From assembly GCA_964016885.1 (NCBI GenBank), contig OZ024743.1, positions 123,380,001 through 123,444,000 of the forward strand: DNA of 64,000 nt, given 5' to 3'. This DNA is from Eledone cirrhosa. Its lineage: Eukaryota. Below the pieces are notes generated by a model that did not search any database, was not told the DNA's origin, and saw nothing but the letters and a program-made list of their open reading frames with translations. This document shows, in pieces, positions 54,601 to 64,000 of this stretch; position 1 is the first letter of the stretch, and every line of letters begins with the position of its first letter. Position numbers and translations under genes: made by a program.

Positions 54601-55269
54601 TAGCCCACTGTGCAGGATCTGTGGAGAGAGAGAGGAGACTGTGGCTCACATTGTGTCCGAGTGTAAACACCTAGCCCAGACCCACTATAAGGGCTGGAGA
54701 CACGATGTGATGGGCAGGGTGATCCACTGGCACCTGTGCAAAGTAAACAATCTACCACATTCTGAGAAATGGTATGAGCATAGGCCAGAGGCGGTGATGG
54801 AGAACAGTCAGGTGAAGGTGCTGTGGGATTTTAGGATACAGACGGACAAAAAACTGGAACACAATAGACCTGACCTGGTGGTTGTGGACAAAGAAAAAAG
54901 ATCGTGCCTGATTGTGGATGTGGCCTGCCCGTTCGACACGAGAGTGCAAGAGAAGGAGAGGGAGAACATTAACCGATACCAGGACCTAAAGTGGGAGGTG
55001 AAAAGGATTTGGAACTGCCATGAAGTCAAAGTGATCCCGATTGTCATAGGCGCACTGGGGACTATCTCCAAAGGTTTCCAGGGATGGTTAAAGAAAATCG
55101 GCCCCTTCACGCTTTTTGGAACGCTTCAAAAGGCATGCTTGCTTGGAACGGCAAGAACCCTCCGATACGTCCTGAATATCTGAGGCTGCAGGTAGTGGCT
55201 TGATATTCAATCCAACGGACTTTCCAGTTAACCAACATCAATGACTGAGATTCAAGGAATAACAATAAC

Positions 55270-55271
<2 letters not shown>
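51641..55271 (+). mobile_element. R4/Dong-clade site-specific non-LTR retrotransposon, near full length, in (TAA)n
   Basis: Single long ORF, ~150-nt 5' UTR, ~80-nt 3' UTR, (TAA)n at 51574-51640 and 55270-55347. Confidence 0.93.
51791..55183 (+). CDS. 1130-aa reverse transcriptase + CCHC + restriction-like endonuclease polyprotein
   Basis: KSPGPDG, NYRPITCL, DYRKAFD, GIFQGDSLSP, LFMDDLK, YKYLG, CRIC..H....C, RHD, RPD, DVACP; no interruptions. Confidence 0.96.
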   Translation: METRTSCDRLSPNRCPLAQQQEPDCQPNTADVGGRRRRKGARTNWTKELNRTVMQCYLKSNPKERGYRRRMHNIWNEIGLFKLDEQKLAGQARVIRTNGWISELELEELSRENGLEMAGVVCQTSEPAGNEGEEVLRTEEPPEADNDLNTEINNTWNRDTATEEMNADGLGQDSVDILNLVVDELNNDSGRPMNLRFVDRKKLKETTAKVNKVIPYLEARSLHQCNNILKATANTVRKLLGIKARGNNRQERAEPWWKKRLSGQIGEMRNDIGKLESLLNGTLKNIGTKNRLEIKYKTRSKKLNIIIEELKQRIVAKSAKIRRYENRVSQYKQNRMFDNNQKMLFGQLEGKERGNDLIPGAEQAKTFWRGIWEQDVRHNAQAGWIETVQREIGEQAQQQTDLSITVETLKGQAKKLTNWKSPGPDGVQGYWIKHLTSLHPKLTAMFNDCLVSGEVPEWLTKGTTVLIMKDRIKGNDVTNYRPITCLPVMWKLLTSIVSEEIYHHLHTNNLLPDEQKGCRKKSRGTKDQLLIDKMVMGNCRRRHTDLAMGWIDYRKAFDMVPHSWITKSLEIFRVADNIRQLLGRSMGSWETELTSTGVSLGSVKIKRGIFQGDSLSPLLFVLALMPLTIMLRKVRAGYKLGRGELTINHLLFMDDLKLFGKSEKELDVLVDTVRIFSSDICMQFGIGKCGVIVMRRGRLSRSNGIQIPTGEMIKEIDSEEGYKYLGVLEADGIKNKKMKELLRTEYIRRVRSVLKSHLNSRNAISAVNSRAVSIIRYSAGILRWNVAEQKEMDRKTRKLLTIYNMFHKRSDVDRLYLRRSEGGRGLISIEDCVQMEKNNLYKYVTYSKEPMLRAVLKEGTVGQGISKEEITSRRKSSLKGKSLHSTFFEKTEFRDPQTWNWLRRGDLKKATEGMLMAAQEQALKTKWLKHHIYKEEASPLCRICGEREETVAHIVSECKHLAQTHYKGWRHDVMGRVIHWHLCKVNNLPHSEKWYEHRPEAVMENSQVKVLWDFRIQTDKKLEHNRPDLVVVDKEKRSCLIVDVACPFDTRVQEKERENINRYQDLKWEVKRIWNCHEVKVIPIVIGALGTISKGFQGWLKKIGPFTLFGTLQKACLLGTARTLRYVLNI

Positions 55272-55347
<76 letters not shown>

Positions 55348-55451
55348 TGTTTCTACTTTTGGCACAAGGCCAGCAATTACCCAATGCATTACTGGTACTT
55401 TATTCTATCGACCCCGGAAGGATGAAAGGCAAAGTTAACCTCGGCGGGATT

Positions 55452-55455
<4 letters not shown>
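55348..55455 (-). mobile_element. 5'-truncated SINE nested in the (TAA)n tail
   Basis: Core and tail on the reverse strand; (TAA)n on both sides. Confidence 0.88.
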
Positions 55456-55496
<41 letters not shown>

Positions 55497-55497
<1 letters not shown>

Positions 55498-55957
55498 GGT
55501 GAAGGTGCTGTGGGATTTTAGGATACAGATGGACAAAAATACTGGAACACAATAGACCTGACCTGGTGGTTGTGGACAAAGAAAAAAGATCGTGCCTGAT
55601 TGTGGATGTGGCCTGCCCGTTCGACACGAGAGTGCAAGAGAAGGAGAGGGAGAAAATTAACCGATACCAGGACGTAAAGTGGGAGGTGAAAAGGATTTGG
55701 AACTGCCATGAAGTCAAAGTGATCCCGATTGTCATAGGCGCACTGGGGACTATCTCCAAAGGTTTCCAGGGATGGTTAAAGAAAATCGGCCCCTTCACGC
55801 TTTTTGGAACGCTTCAAAAGGCATGCTTGCTTGGAACAGCAAGAACCCTCCGATACGTCCTGAATATCTGAGGCTGCAGGTAGTGGCTTGATATTCAATC
55901 CAACGGACTTTCCAGTTAACCAACATCAATGACTGAGATTCAAGGAATAACAATAAC

Positions 55958-55960
<3 letters not shown>
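55497..55960 (+). mobile_element. R4/Dong 3' fragment (RLE + 3' UTR)
   Basis: Near-identical to 54810-55271; flanked by (TAA)n. Confidence 0.93.
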
Positions 55961-56032
<72 letters not shown>

Positions 56033-56797
56033 AAGAAGAAGAAGAAGAAGAAGAAGAAGAAGAAGAAGAAGAAGAAGAAGAAGAAGACATACCGGTGTCA
56101 CGACAACATCTACTTGAGCTCATGGCTCAAAGCAAGGTAATATATATTTCTTTGTGTGTATTTGCGTGCATACATGCTGAGCTTTATGAGTGTATGGGTG
56201 AATGCAATCATTTGTATGTGAGTGTGTTATAGAATAGGAAATGGTTTTTTGTGGGTATAATGTCCGCAGTTTAACTTTGATTGCTATCTTTCTTGATATT
56301 TTCTGTAGTTGTTATTGTTTCTTGTTATTGCTTAATCCATAAACGTCCTTGAATTATTAAAAGTAATCTGGTCGTGAACTGTTGACAGTCTCTCTGTGGT
56401 AACAGGCCTCCAGTTGTTTTGCTGTTGCTGATGTCCGAGTCCCTCTTTCTTTTCATTTCTTATAGGAAAAAGCTTTCAATTAGCTTGGGTTCATTTACAT
56501 CCCTACAGACTACACCCGACCACAAGTTGTTGCTACTCTCAGCAAATGCCATTAATTTTAGTTAAAAAAAAAATACGCAAAACAACATTGTGTCGATACC
56601 CAACCCAATAGGGCTGGCTGTGATTTTATTGTTCCTGGAACCAACCTACTGTAGTAAAAACCCTTGGAGAGGCACATCAGATCGACTAGTCTCCTCGTCC
56701 AATTCTTAAAAACTTGGCAAAGGCTTCCATATACCTTACTTTGATCAATAAATAACACAAACATGCATAAAAATACGCACACACATACACACACACA

Positions 56798-56876
<79 letters not shown>

Positions 56877-57052
56877 CCTTCCACACATTTTTAGGGGCTG
56901 TCTCCAATTCCTCAACATTTTAAGAATAGGTTTGCTATTTCCGAAATGATTGGGAAAGTGTTGCCTTTTGTAACATGCCCCCACCACAACCATTGCAAGT
57001 TGTATAATGTTGTTGTACATACTAATTTCTTCTTCTTCTTCTTCTTCTTCTT

Positions 57053-57080
<28 letters not shown>

Positions 57081-57083
<3 letters not shown>

Positions 57084-57355
57084 GAGGGTCGAGGAGAGGG
57101 AGTCCTCAAACATACCTTCCAGCGGGTCCTGTCAGAAGCAACAATCTCCAGCTGATCCGGTTGGATCTCCAAGCAAGACCAGCCAAGCTCATGGATGTTA
57201 TCCAACCATCTTACTCCTGGGTCTCCTGCCGGTTGCTTTTGCCCGTAAAATCTGTCCAGCGATTCTTTACGGAGACATTCTAACTATATGCCCACAGTAT
57301 AGGAGCTGTGATCTCTCAATTCGGAGAAGTAGCGGCTCTACTTGGAGTGACTCTC
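57081..57355 (-). mobile_element. RTE-like 3' fragment with (GAA)n tail
   Basis: Homologous to 34460-34720; abuts (TTC)n at 57028-57080. Confidence 0.7.
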
Positions 57356-58559
57356 CCTATTTAAACAAATTTTTAAATTAAATATTCTATTGTAGAAGTA
57401 TAAGCATTGTAGAAGTATAAGCATGTTTAAGCAAAAAGCCCTATTTGAATGCTTTCCCTGTTGCTTTTGTTGTTACTCTGTTCTTCCGGTTAAACATTAT
57501 TAGTGTGCAATTATTGAAGTTACTGTCACCACTTCTATGGCGATTGCCTCTTCTTGTTACGTTTCTTTAGGTTTACTAAAATATTATATGTATTTTCGTA
57601 TTCACTATGATCTTTAAAACCTTTCTTCTGCATAGGGGTATCTCTAAGTGAGTCTACGTTGTACAATAATATGAAATCTCAATACTCAGCCTTATTATAC
57701 GATCCATAGGCTATATCAAACAATTCCTCGATTTGGATTAATCCCAAGATATGTATATGTATTATATATATAGTGTAAATACATAAAATTAAGCAACGTA
57801 ACGGTTTACCAGCAACTTAATAACGATTAATGCAAACCCTAATAATCCTTAATAGATAATTTGAAGATAGGAATGCATAGTATAATATACTTACTTTAAC
57901 AACATGCCCTGTAATTCGGTGGAATTTACCTTTACCAAACACATACCTATTAACTATACACAACTCAAAAAAATTACATCTCAAACTAAGAGAATTCCAT
58001 GGTTAATAAATGTCAGTTACAACAAACATATGCATCTACATACGAACTATAATATAAACACTTCAGTGAAAATTACCTACCTAATTCAATCATATGCTTT
58101 GCATTACACGCACATAACATATACCTATTTTATCACCACGTCTCACTACCATATAGCACGCCATTTTAAACATTTCTTACACTTATAACGCGCTTTAACA
58201 TTCTCCACGAAATATGCTTATTTCAGCTGTAATATAACTCTTTCCTCATACATGCCTTATTGATTGTATTGACTCCTGCATTATATACCCTTAACATTAC
58301 CTGATCTCCAATGCTAAGAGATCTTATATCTTTTGTCAATCCTATCTTACATTTCTCCTTGCTTGTAACTTTTTTTTGCCTGTACTTTTTGCTTGTACTT
58401 CTTACACTTTCAACCAGTGCTCCTTGTAATTGTGTTCTCTCAAGCATAACATATGTTTAACTCCTGATTCTCTACATGATGTCTATAACACTAACAACAC
58501 TAAATGTTCTGAATGACTAGGATTTTAATCACCTGTTTAGACATTCCCTATGCTCTATA

Positions 58560-58665
<106 letters not shown>

Positions 58666-59053
58666 AATAACAGATTAATTAAAGTTTAAGCAAAGAATCG
58701 CTGCTTAAGGGTGAAAGCAACGATTCTTTGCTTAAACTTTAATCTGTTATTTTAATAAATACTTGCTCTAGGGTTCTTATATATTTTATATATATTTATC
58801 CTTATCGAGCACTCTTTGGATTTTAGTCTTCACATTTATTGTTATTACTATATATATATATAAATTTTGTATTTGCATCCATCCTTTTAGTATGCGTATA
58901 CAAGTTATGCATACATTTTTGTAAAATATGTGTAAGGGTTTTACATGTATATACACACACCGAACTGCATTAAACCTTTTGTATTTTCATTGGTCAATTT
59001 TGTTCCCAAACGGACCTGAAATTTTGAATTGTTGTTATTATCAATAAATATAC

Positions 59054-59207
59054 TTCATTATTTCTGAAGACGGCGTATATATGTGTTGGTATGTATATTT
59101 AATCTTGATAGTTTGTATAATTTTGTATAATTTTGTACATAGATCTGTTGAATATGCATGCCAATTCTAACACATATATATCCTAGAAACGATCGTTAAA
59201 TAATGAA
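59054..59207 (+). ncRNA. Type I hammerhead candidate with greatly extended stem II
   Basis: ttcattattt-CTGAAGA-(~115-nt hairpin)-GAAAc gatc GTT-aaataatgaa; perfect 10-bp stem I. Confidence 0.72.
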
Positions 59208-59260
59208 CTTTTTTTGTTTAATATAAGGAACTGTCTCATTGTTTATTCATTATTTGTTTA

Positions 59261-59347
<87 letters not shown>

Positions 59348-59760
59348 CAGGTCACTCAAAGTGCTACTGGCAAAATGCAAACCCAGTACAAAGTGTCTCG
59401 TGGTCGGGTCGTCGGCGACTAAACCGGCAACCCCACCAAGCTTGCTTGGTGAGGAGGGTGATATTTGGATACCCTGCAGGATGAAATACAAGACCCGGCA
59501 AAAGACGGGGGAACTCAGCAGTCAAGGGCCATCCAAATAGTACGTTTTTTTACACCTGGGAGTTAAAGGCCCCCAGGTGTTGTCACTACACCTTTCTAGG
59601 AGAGGGAAACTCTAAAAGAAAAAAGCTGCGGTTTCGAAAGCATACGGTGATGTTGACCAGATCTCCTGTTCGGGTAGTGTTTTCGATGCTCAGAGAATGG
59701 GATTGGTCGAGTGCAAGGCCTTTCCCTACTTAAAAAACCTTCAAAGCACAGGCATTGCTT
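59348..59760 (+). mobile_element. Probable RTE-type 5' UTR remnant
   Basis: GC-rich island containing ctaggagagggaaactct, a motif I associate with RTE 5' UTRs; no ORF follows. Confidence 0.4.
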
Positions 59761-60325
59761 GTTCAGGATATGTTACATACTTGTGTGACTGGACGTAGCA
59801 TAAATGTGCACCAAACTCTATAATCATCCAAGCAATTGCAGTACTCTTAACAGAGTTTGCAGTTATCATATATATATATATATATATATATAAATGGATT
59901 AGAATGAAACGAAATTTTATTTCTCACTCTTAGTACGGCACTTAATTAAATGTAAGTATGCATGTATGTATATGTACATACATATATGTATATATACAGA
60001 CGTACAGTAGTATGTATATATATATATACATGCACACATATATATATATGCACGTATCGGTTTACTGAACATTTATTATAATGCTCGGTTTGTTTGTTTG
60101 TAAACAAACAGCCCGAATTACGCCGTACAGTGTTTAGGCAACCACGTCACCTTTTTGTTTAACACTGACACAGGAACGATGTACTAGTCGGGCTGTTTGT
60201 TTGTTTACAAACAAACAAACTGAGCATTATAATAAATGTTCGGTAAACCGATACGTGCATATATATATATGTGTGCATGTATGTATATATATATACATAC
60301 TACTGTACGTCTGTATACATATATG

Positions 60326-60377
<52 letters not shown>

Positions 60378-60380
<3 letters not shown>

Positions 60381-60545
60381 GAGGTGTGTCAGAAAAGAAA
60401 TAGGACTGGGGTCGCAAAGAGTATTTCAAATCCAAACTAGAAGCTACAAGTTTACCCCATTTGAAATAATCCTTCTCCACCACGCCTCCATGCACTCCTG
60501 GAAGGATTCTCCCGGGCTTTTCCGCATCTTGCTGGTTTCCACACC
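60378..60545 (-). mobile_element. Tc1/mariner terminal fragment
   Basis: TA followed by cgaggtgtgtcagaaaag TIR-like start; minus strand reads FQECMEAW..DYF-like transposase end. Confidence 0.5.
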
Positions 60546-61333
60546 CGGAAAACGGGTTATACACAAATTTCCATCGTTCGACGGCCTAAACTTGAGAAGC
60601 TGTTAACAAAAGCACGTGAAAACACATACAATAGCCGTAGAGAGCTGAGATCTCAATTCTATACTCTCTGAATCAGAGCAATATACTATAAATTATGTCC
60701 TTAGAATCATTTGATAAGATATATACTCATTTCCTCTCCCAATTAGCATAAACATCCACACAAAAAAAAAACAATTAAACCAGGCTATAAGATTAAAAGG
60801 CACCTGTGAAGAAATAATAGATAAATAAACGATAGCCATCTATTCGGGATCAACAGCCATAGAATATTTACCCAGCATTTCAATAGCACGTGGAAATCGA
60901 TTAAATATATCGTCAACCATACACAATTAGGTATAAAATTAAAGTTAGAAGAAAAAATGCATATACACATACCAGGATTACGTTTCTTCCCTTTAGGGTT
61001 TCGTTCGCTTTCGGAAATATCCTATCAAGGATAAATTCTCGAGCTTCGAACTCATCAGGAAACAAACTCACTTGGACAAAGATTTTTCTTAAATGATCCC
61101 CCGCCAGAAACGAATTCAAAATGGAGAACTGTGACGTGGCAGTGGTCAAGTCAGAAAGAATGTGATTGGTGCCTTACGGCTAGTAGGCTGGTTGCTAGAA
61201 AGCGCAGCCTAATATTGCCTAAATTGCATCTCAACCTTAATGGAGATTATCAAATATAAAGATTTACATATACACAAACTAGACATATATATGTATATGT
61301 ATGTATATATATACATATATATATATGTATGTG

Positions 61334-61420
<87 letters not shown>

Positions 61421-62005
61421 TTATTAAGAAAATATTCTTAACAAAATGTAATCACGTATAATATTTCTTCAGAAATGAAATCAGTTTAGTAGTATCTCAA
61501 TAACTCTGACATACCAAAATATAGAACACTTTTATGATATTATTTAAGAAAGAAAAATATGAAAGCTTACGGAAGCCATTTCTATAAAAAGTACTAACGT
61601 CCTTTTTGGTAAGTTTTGTAGAATATACTATAAAAGATATCATATGATTTATCTATCCACCAATATATTTGTATGTAAACAGAGAGGAAATGTTTTTGGA
61701 AATTTTCCAAAGGAAATAACATTTGAACAAAGTATTCAATAAAAGAGAGTAATAAAAGAAAGAAAATACTAATGTGTAAGATACAAGCTTATTTCTCAGC
61801 AAGTATAGCTTTACTGAGATTATTTTCTCGTTTTATAACACTTAACTATCATACTAGGTTTTAGAGAACAGCTATTTTAATTCAAGTAAATCGGTGGAAA
61901 GTTTGGTTTCGGAATTGTAAAAGTATTTGCTTGAATAACTATTCTGAATAACTATGTAAATTATACAGGACGGAGAGTTACACACGGATAAATACACACA
62001 CACAC

Positions 62006-62098
<93 letters not shown>

Positions 62099-62334
62099 CA
62101 CGCACGCATACACACACGCACACACACACACACACTTACGCATATACATCCAACCGCGAGCGCACTTACATGCATGCATACAAACGCATACGCACAGACA
62201 TACACACAAATACACTGATACGTACATATATATATATGTGTGTGTGTGTGTGTATGTGTGTGTGTGTATGTGTGTGTGTATATATATATATATATGTGTG
62301 TGTGTATATATATATATATATATTTATACAATGA

Positions 62335-63263
62335 TCTATATATATAAAACTGAGTCCCTAAAATTGAATCCCTAAAACTAGATAACCACCCAATCGACTG
62401 TTTTCTAACTTTACAATGTAATACTGGTGTTTCAGGGAGTGTTCTGAGCAAAAAGAATTCTGAGCAAAAAAAAATTTCAAATTTTCAATGCCCTAGGGAC
62501 CGCATTAGGCGATTTAGCGATCTCTCTCTATAATTCTAGTCTTTCTCTTTTTAGATAGATACATAGATATAACGTCGCACCCTCATAATATCTCTTTGTA
62601 TGTCTGGCTGTCTGCATTAAGTCACTTCCCTGAGGATGTCTGTCTGTGTGTGTGTGTGTCTGTGAGTTTGAATCCTTAAAACTCTAGAAGTACCCAACCG
62701 ACTTTTTTCAAACTTTACATGTGTATTACTTATGTTTCAGGGAGTGTTATGCACATAAAAAAATTCAGTTTTTTTTATCTCCTCTAGGGCCCGCATTAGG
62801 TGAAAAACTGCGTTTTTTCAGGTTTTTAGGGGTTATTTGAGGCGTTACGTCAGACCGATTTCCTTGAAATTGTAACTATGTATTAGTCAGTCTCTTCTTC
62901 ATACCGTGAGCAAAGAAAATCCAACGTGTTTCTGGCCTAGGGCCCGCATTAGGTGAAAAACTTAATTTTTTCAGCTTTTTAGGGCTTTTTGGAGGCGTTA
63001 CGTCTAGCCGTTTTTCCCGAAATTTCAAGGCATATTATGCACATAAAAAAATTATTTTTTTGATCCCTTAGGGCCCGCATTAGGTGAAAACCTGCATTTT
63101 TCCTGCTTCGTCGAGGAAAATCTTAAATATTATCCAGCCATCAGAGTATTCGGTTTATTTTCTTTACATATTGTCCAGGAATGCAGATTTTCCACGATTA
63201 GGTCTGTTGGCGGCCCGCGTTCCAAAATACCTTATCCCGTGCAACGACGGATACCACTGCTAG
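62335..63263 (+). mobile_element. Non-autonomous Helitron with internal tandem repeats
   Basis: A|TCTATATATATAAAA 5' end, subterminal hairpin ccgtgcaacgacgg, CTAG|T 3' end; tagggcccgcattagg repeated about four times. Confidence 0.75.
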
Positions 63264-63375
63264 TATTAAATAAATGGAAACTATATTTATAAAACCATAT
63301 TTATTATATTATATATATTTCAAGGGTACCAAAAAACTTTGGTACGCTTTCATCAGATAAAATACAAAGTGTGTT

Positions 63376-63494
63376 TTATAAATTTTGACATAGCCAAGGA
63401 AACATACCTTATCAGTTGAATTTTCCTTGGATAATCTATCCAAGGAAAATTCAACTGATAAGGTATGTTTCCTTGGCTATGTCAAAATTTATAA
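63376..63494. repeat. Perfect palindrome (~58-bp arms) abutting a pLTR hammerhead half
   Basis: ttataaattttgacatagccaaggaaac...gtttccttggctatgtcaaaatttataa. Confidence 0.92.
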
Positions 63495-63548
63495 CGTCCA
63501 GAATTAGCCGTCGAAACGGCTTCAGCTCAGCCGTCGGGGTCCTACTCG

Positions 63549-63580
<32 letters not shown>

Positions 63581-63582
63581 TA

Positions 63583-63663
<81 letters not shown>

Positions 63664-64000
63664 CATATATACTTACGTACAAATGCGTACATACATGCAC
63701 ACGTAATTGCATATATACACGTGTATGTGTGTGTGAGTATACATTTATATACTCGGTGGAATGGTGATGGGATTAAGAAGTTTGTAGTGCCACCATGTGG
63801 TTTGGGGTTTAACCCCAATGAGTAGCCCTTTAAGCGGTTAATTTGATTTACTATAGCCTCAAGTTGACCAATGCCTTGTGAATGAAACTTGGTGGTATGG
63901 AAACATTATGGAGGTTCATCCAATGTATATATATTTCTTCTTCTTTTTCTTCTTCTTCTTCTTCTTCTTCTTCTTCTTCTTCTTCTTCTTCTTCTTCTTC

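Noticed and set aside
51821-55110. Antisense ORFs overlapping the Dong ORF, and similar ones over Tx1 and PLE
   Set aside because: Shadow frames of the real coding strand with no motifs.

Overview
Eukaryotic, AT-rich, microsatellite-dense DNA made up almost entirely of transposable elements and their debris. No host protein-coding gene, rRNA, tRNA gene or CRISPR array can be supported. The tRNA-headed SINE resembles cephalopod (octopod) SINEs, so an octopod mollusc is my inference. Main elements: (1) an R4/Dong-clade RLE retrotransposon with an intact 1130-aa ORF (51641-55271) plus three truncated or deleted copies, all with (TAA)n at the 3' end; (2) a decayed full-length Tx1/L1-clade element in a (TATC)n tract (42902-48527) and a sister Tx1 family in (TTA)n tracts; (3) a decayed Naiad-type Penelope-like element with direct and inverted pseudo-LTRs (20328-24362); (4) about ten SINE copies; (5) RTE, CR1, CRE, mariner and Helitron remnants. 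Two patterns stand out. First, three unrelated retroelement types share (TAA)n/(TTA)n microsatellites with a consistent strand rule, and the SINE 3' tail resembles the Tx1 3' end. Second, about ten candidate type I hammerhead ribozymes occur, many inside or beside long fold-back inverted repeats. All alignments and folds were done by eye.
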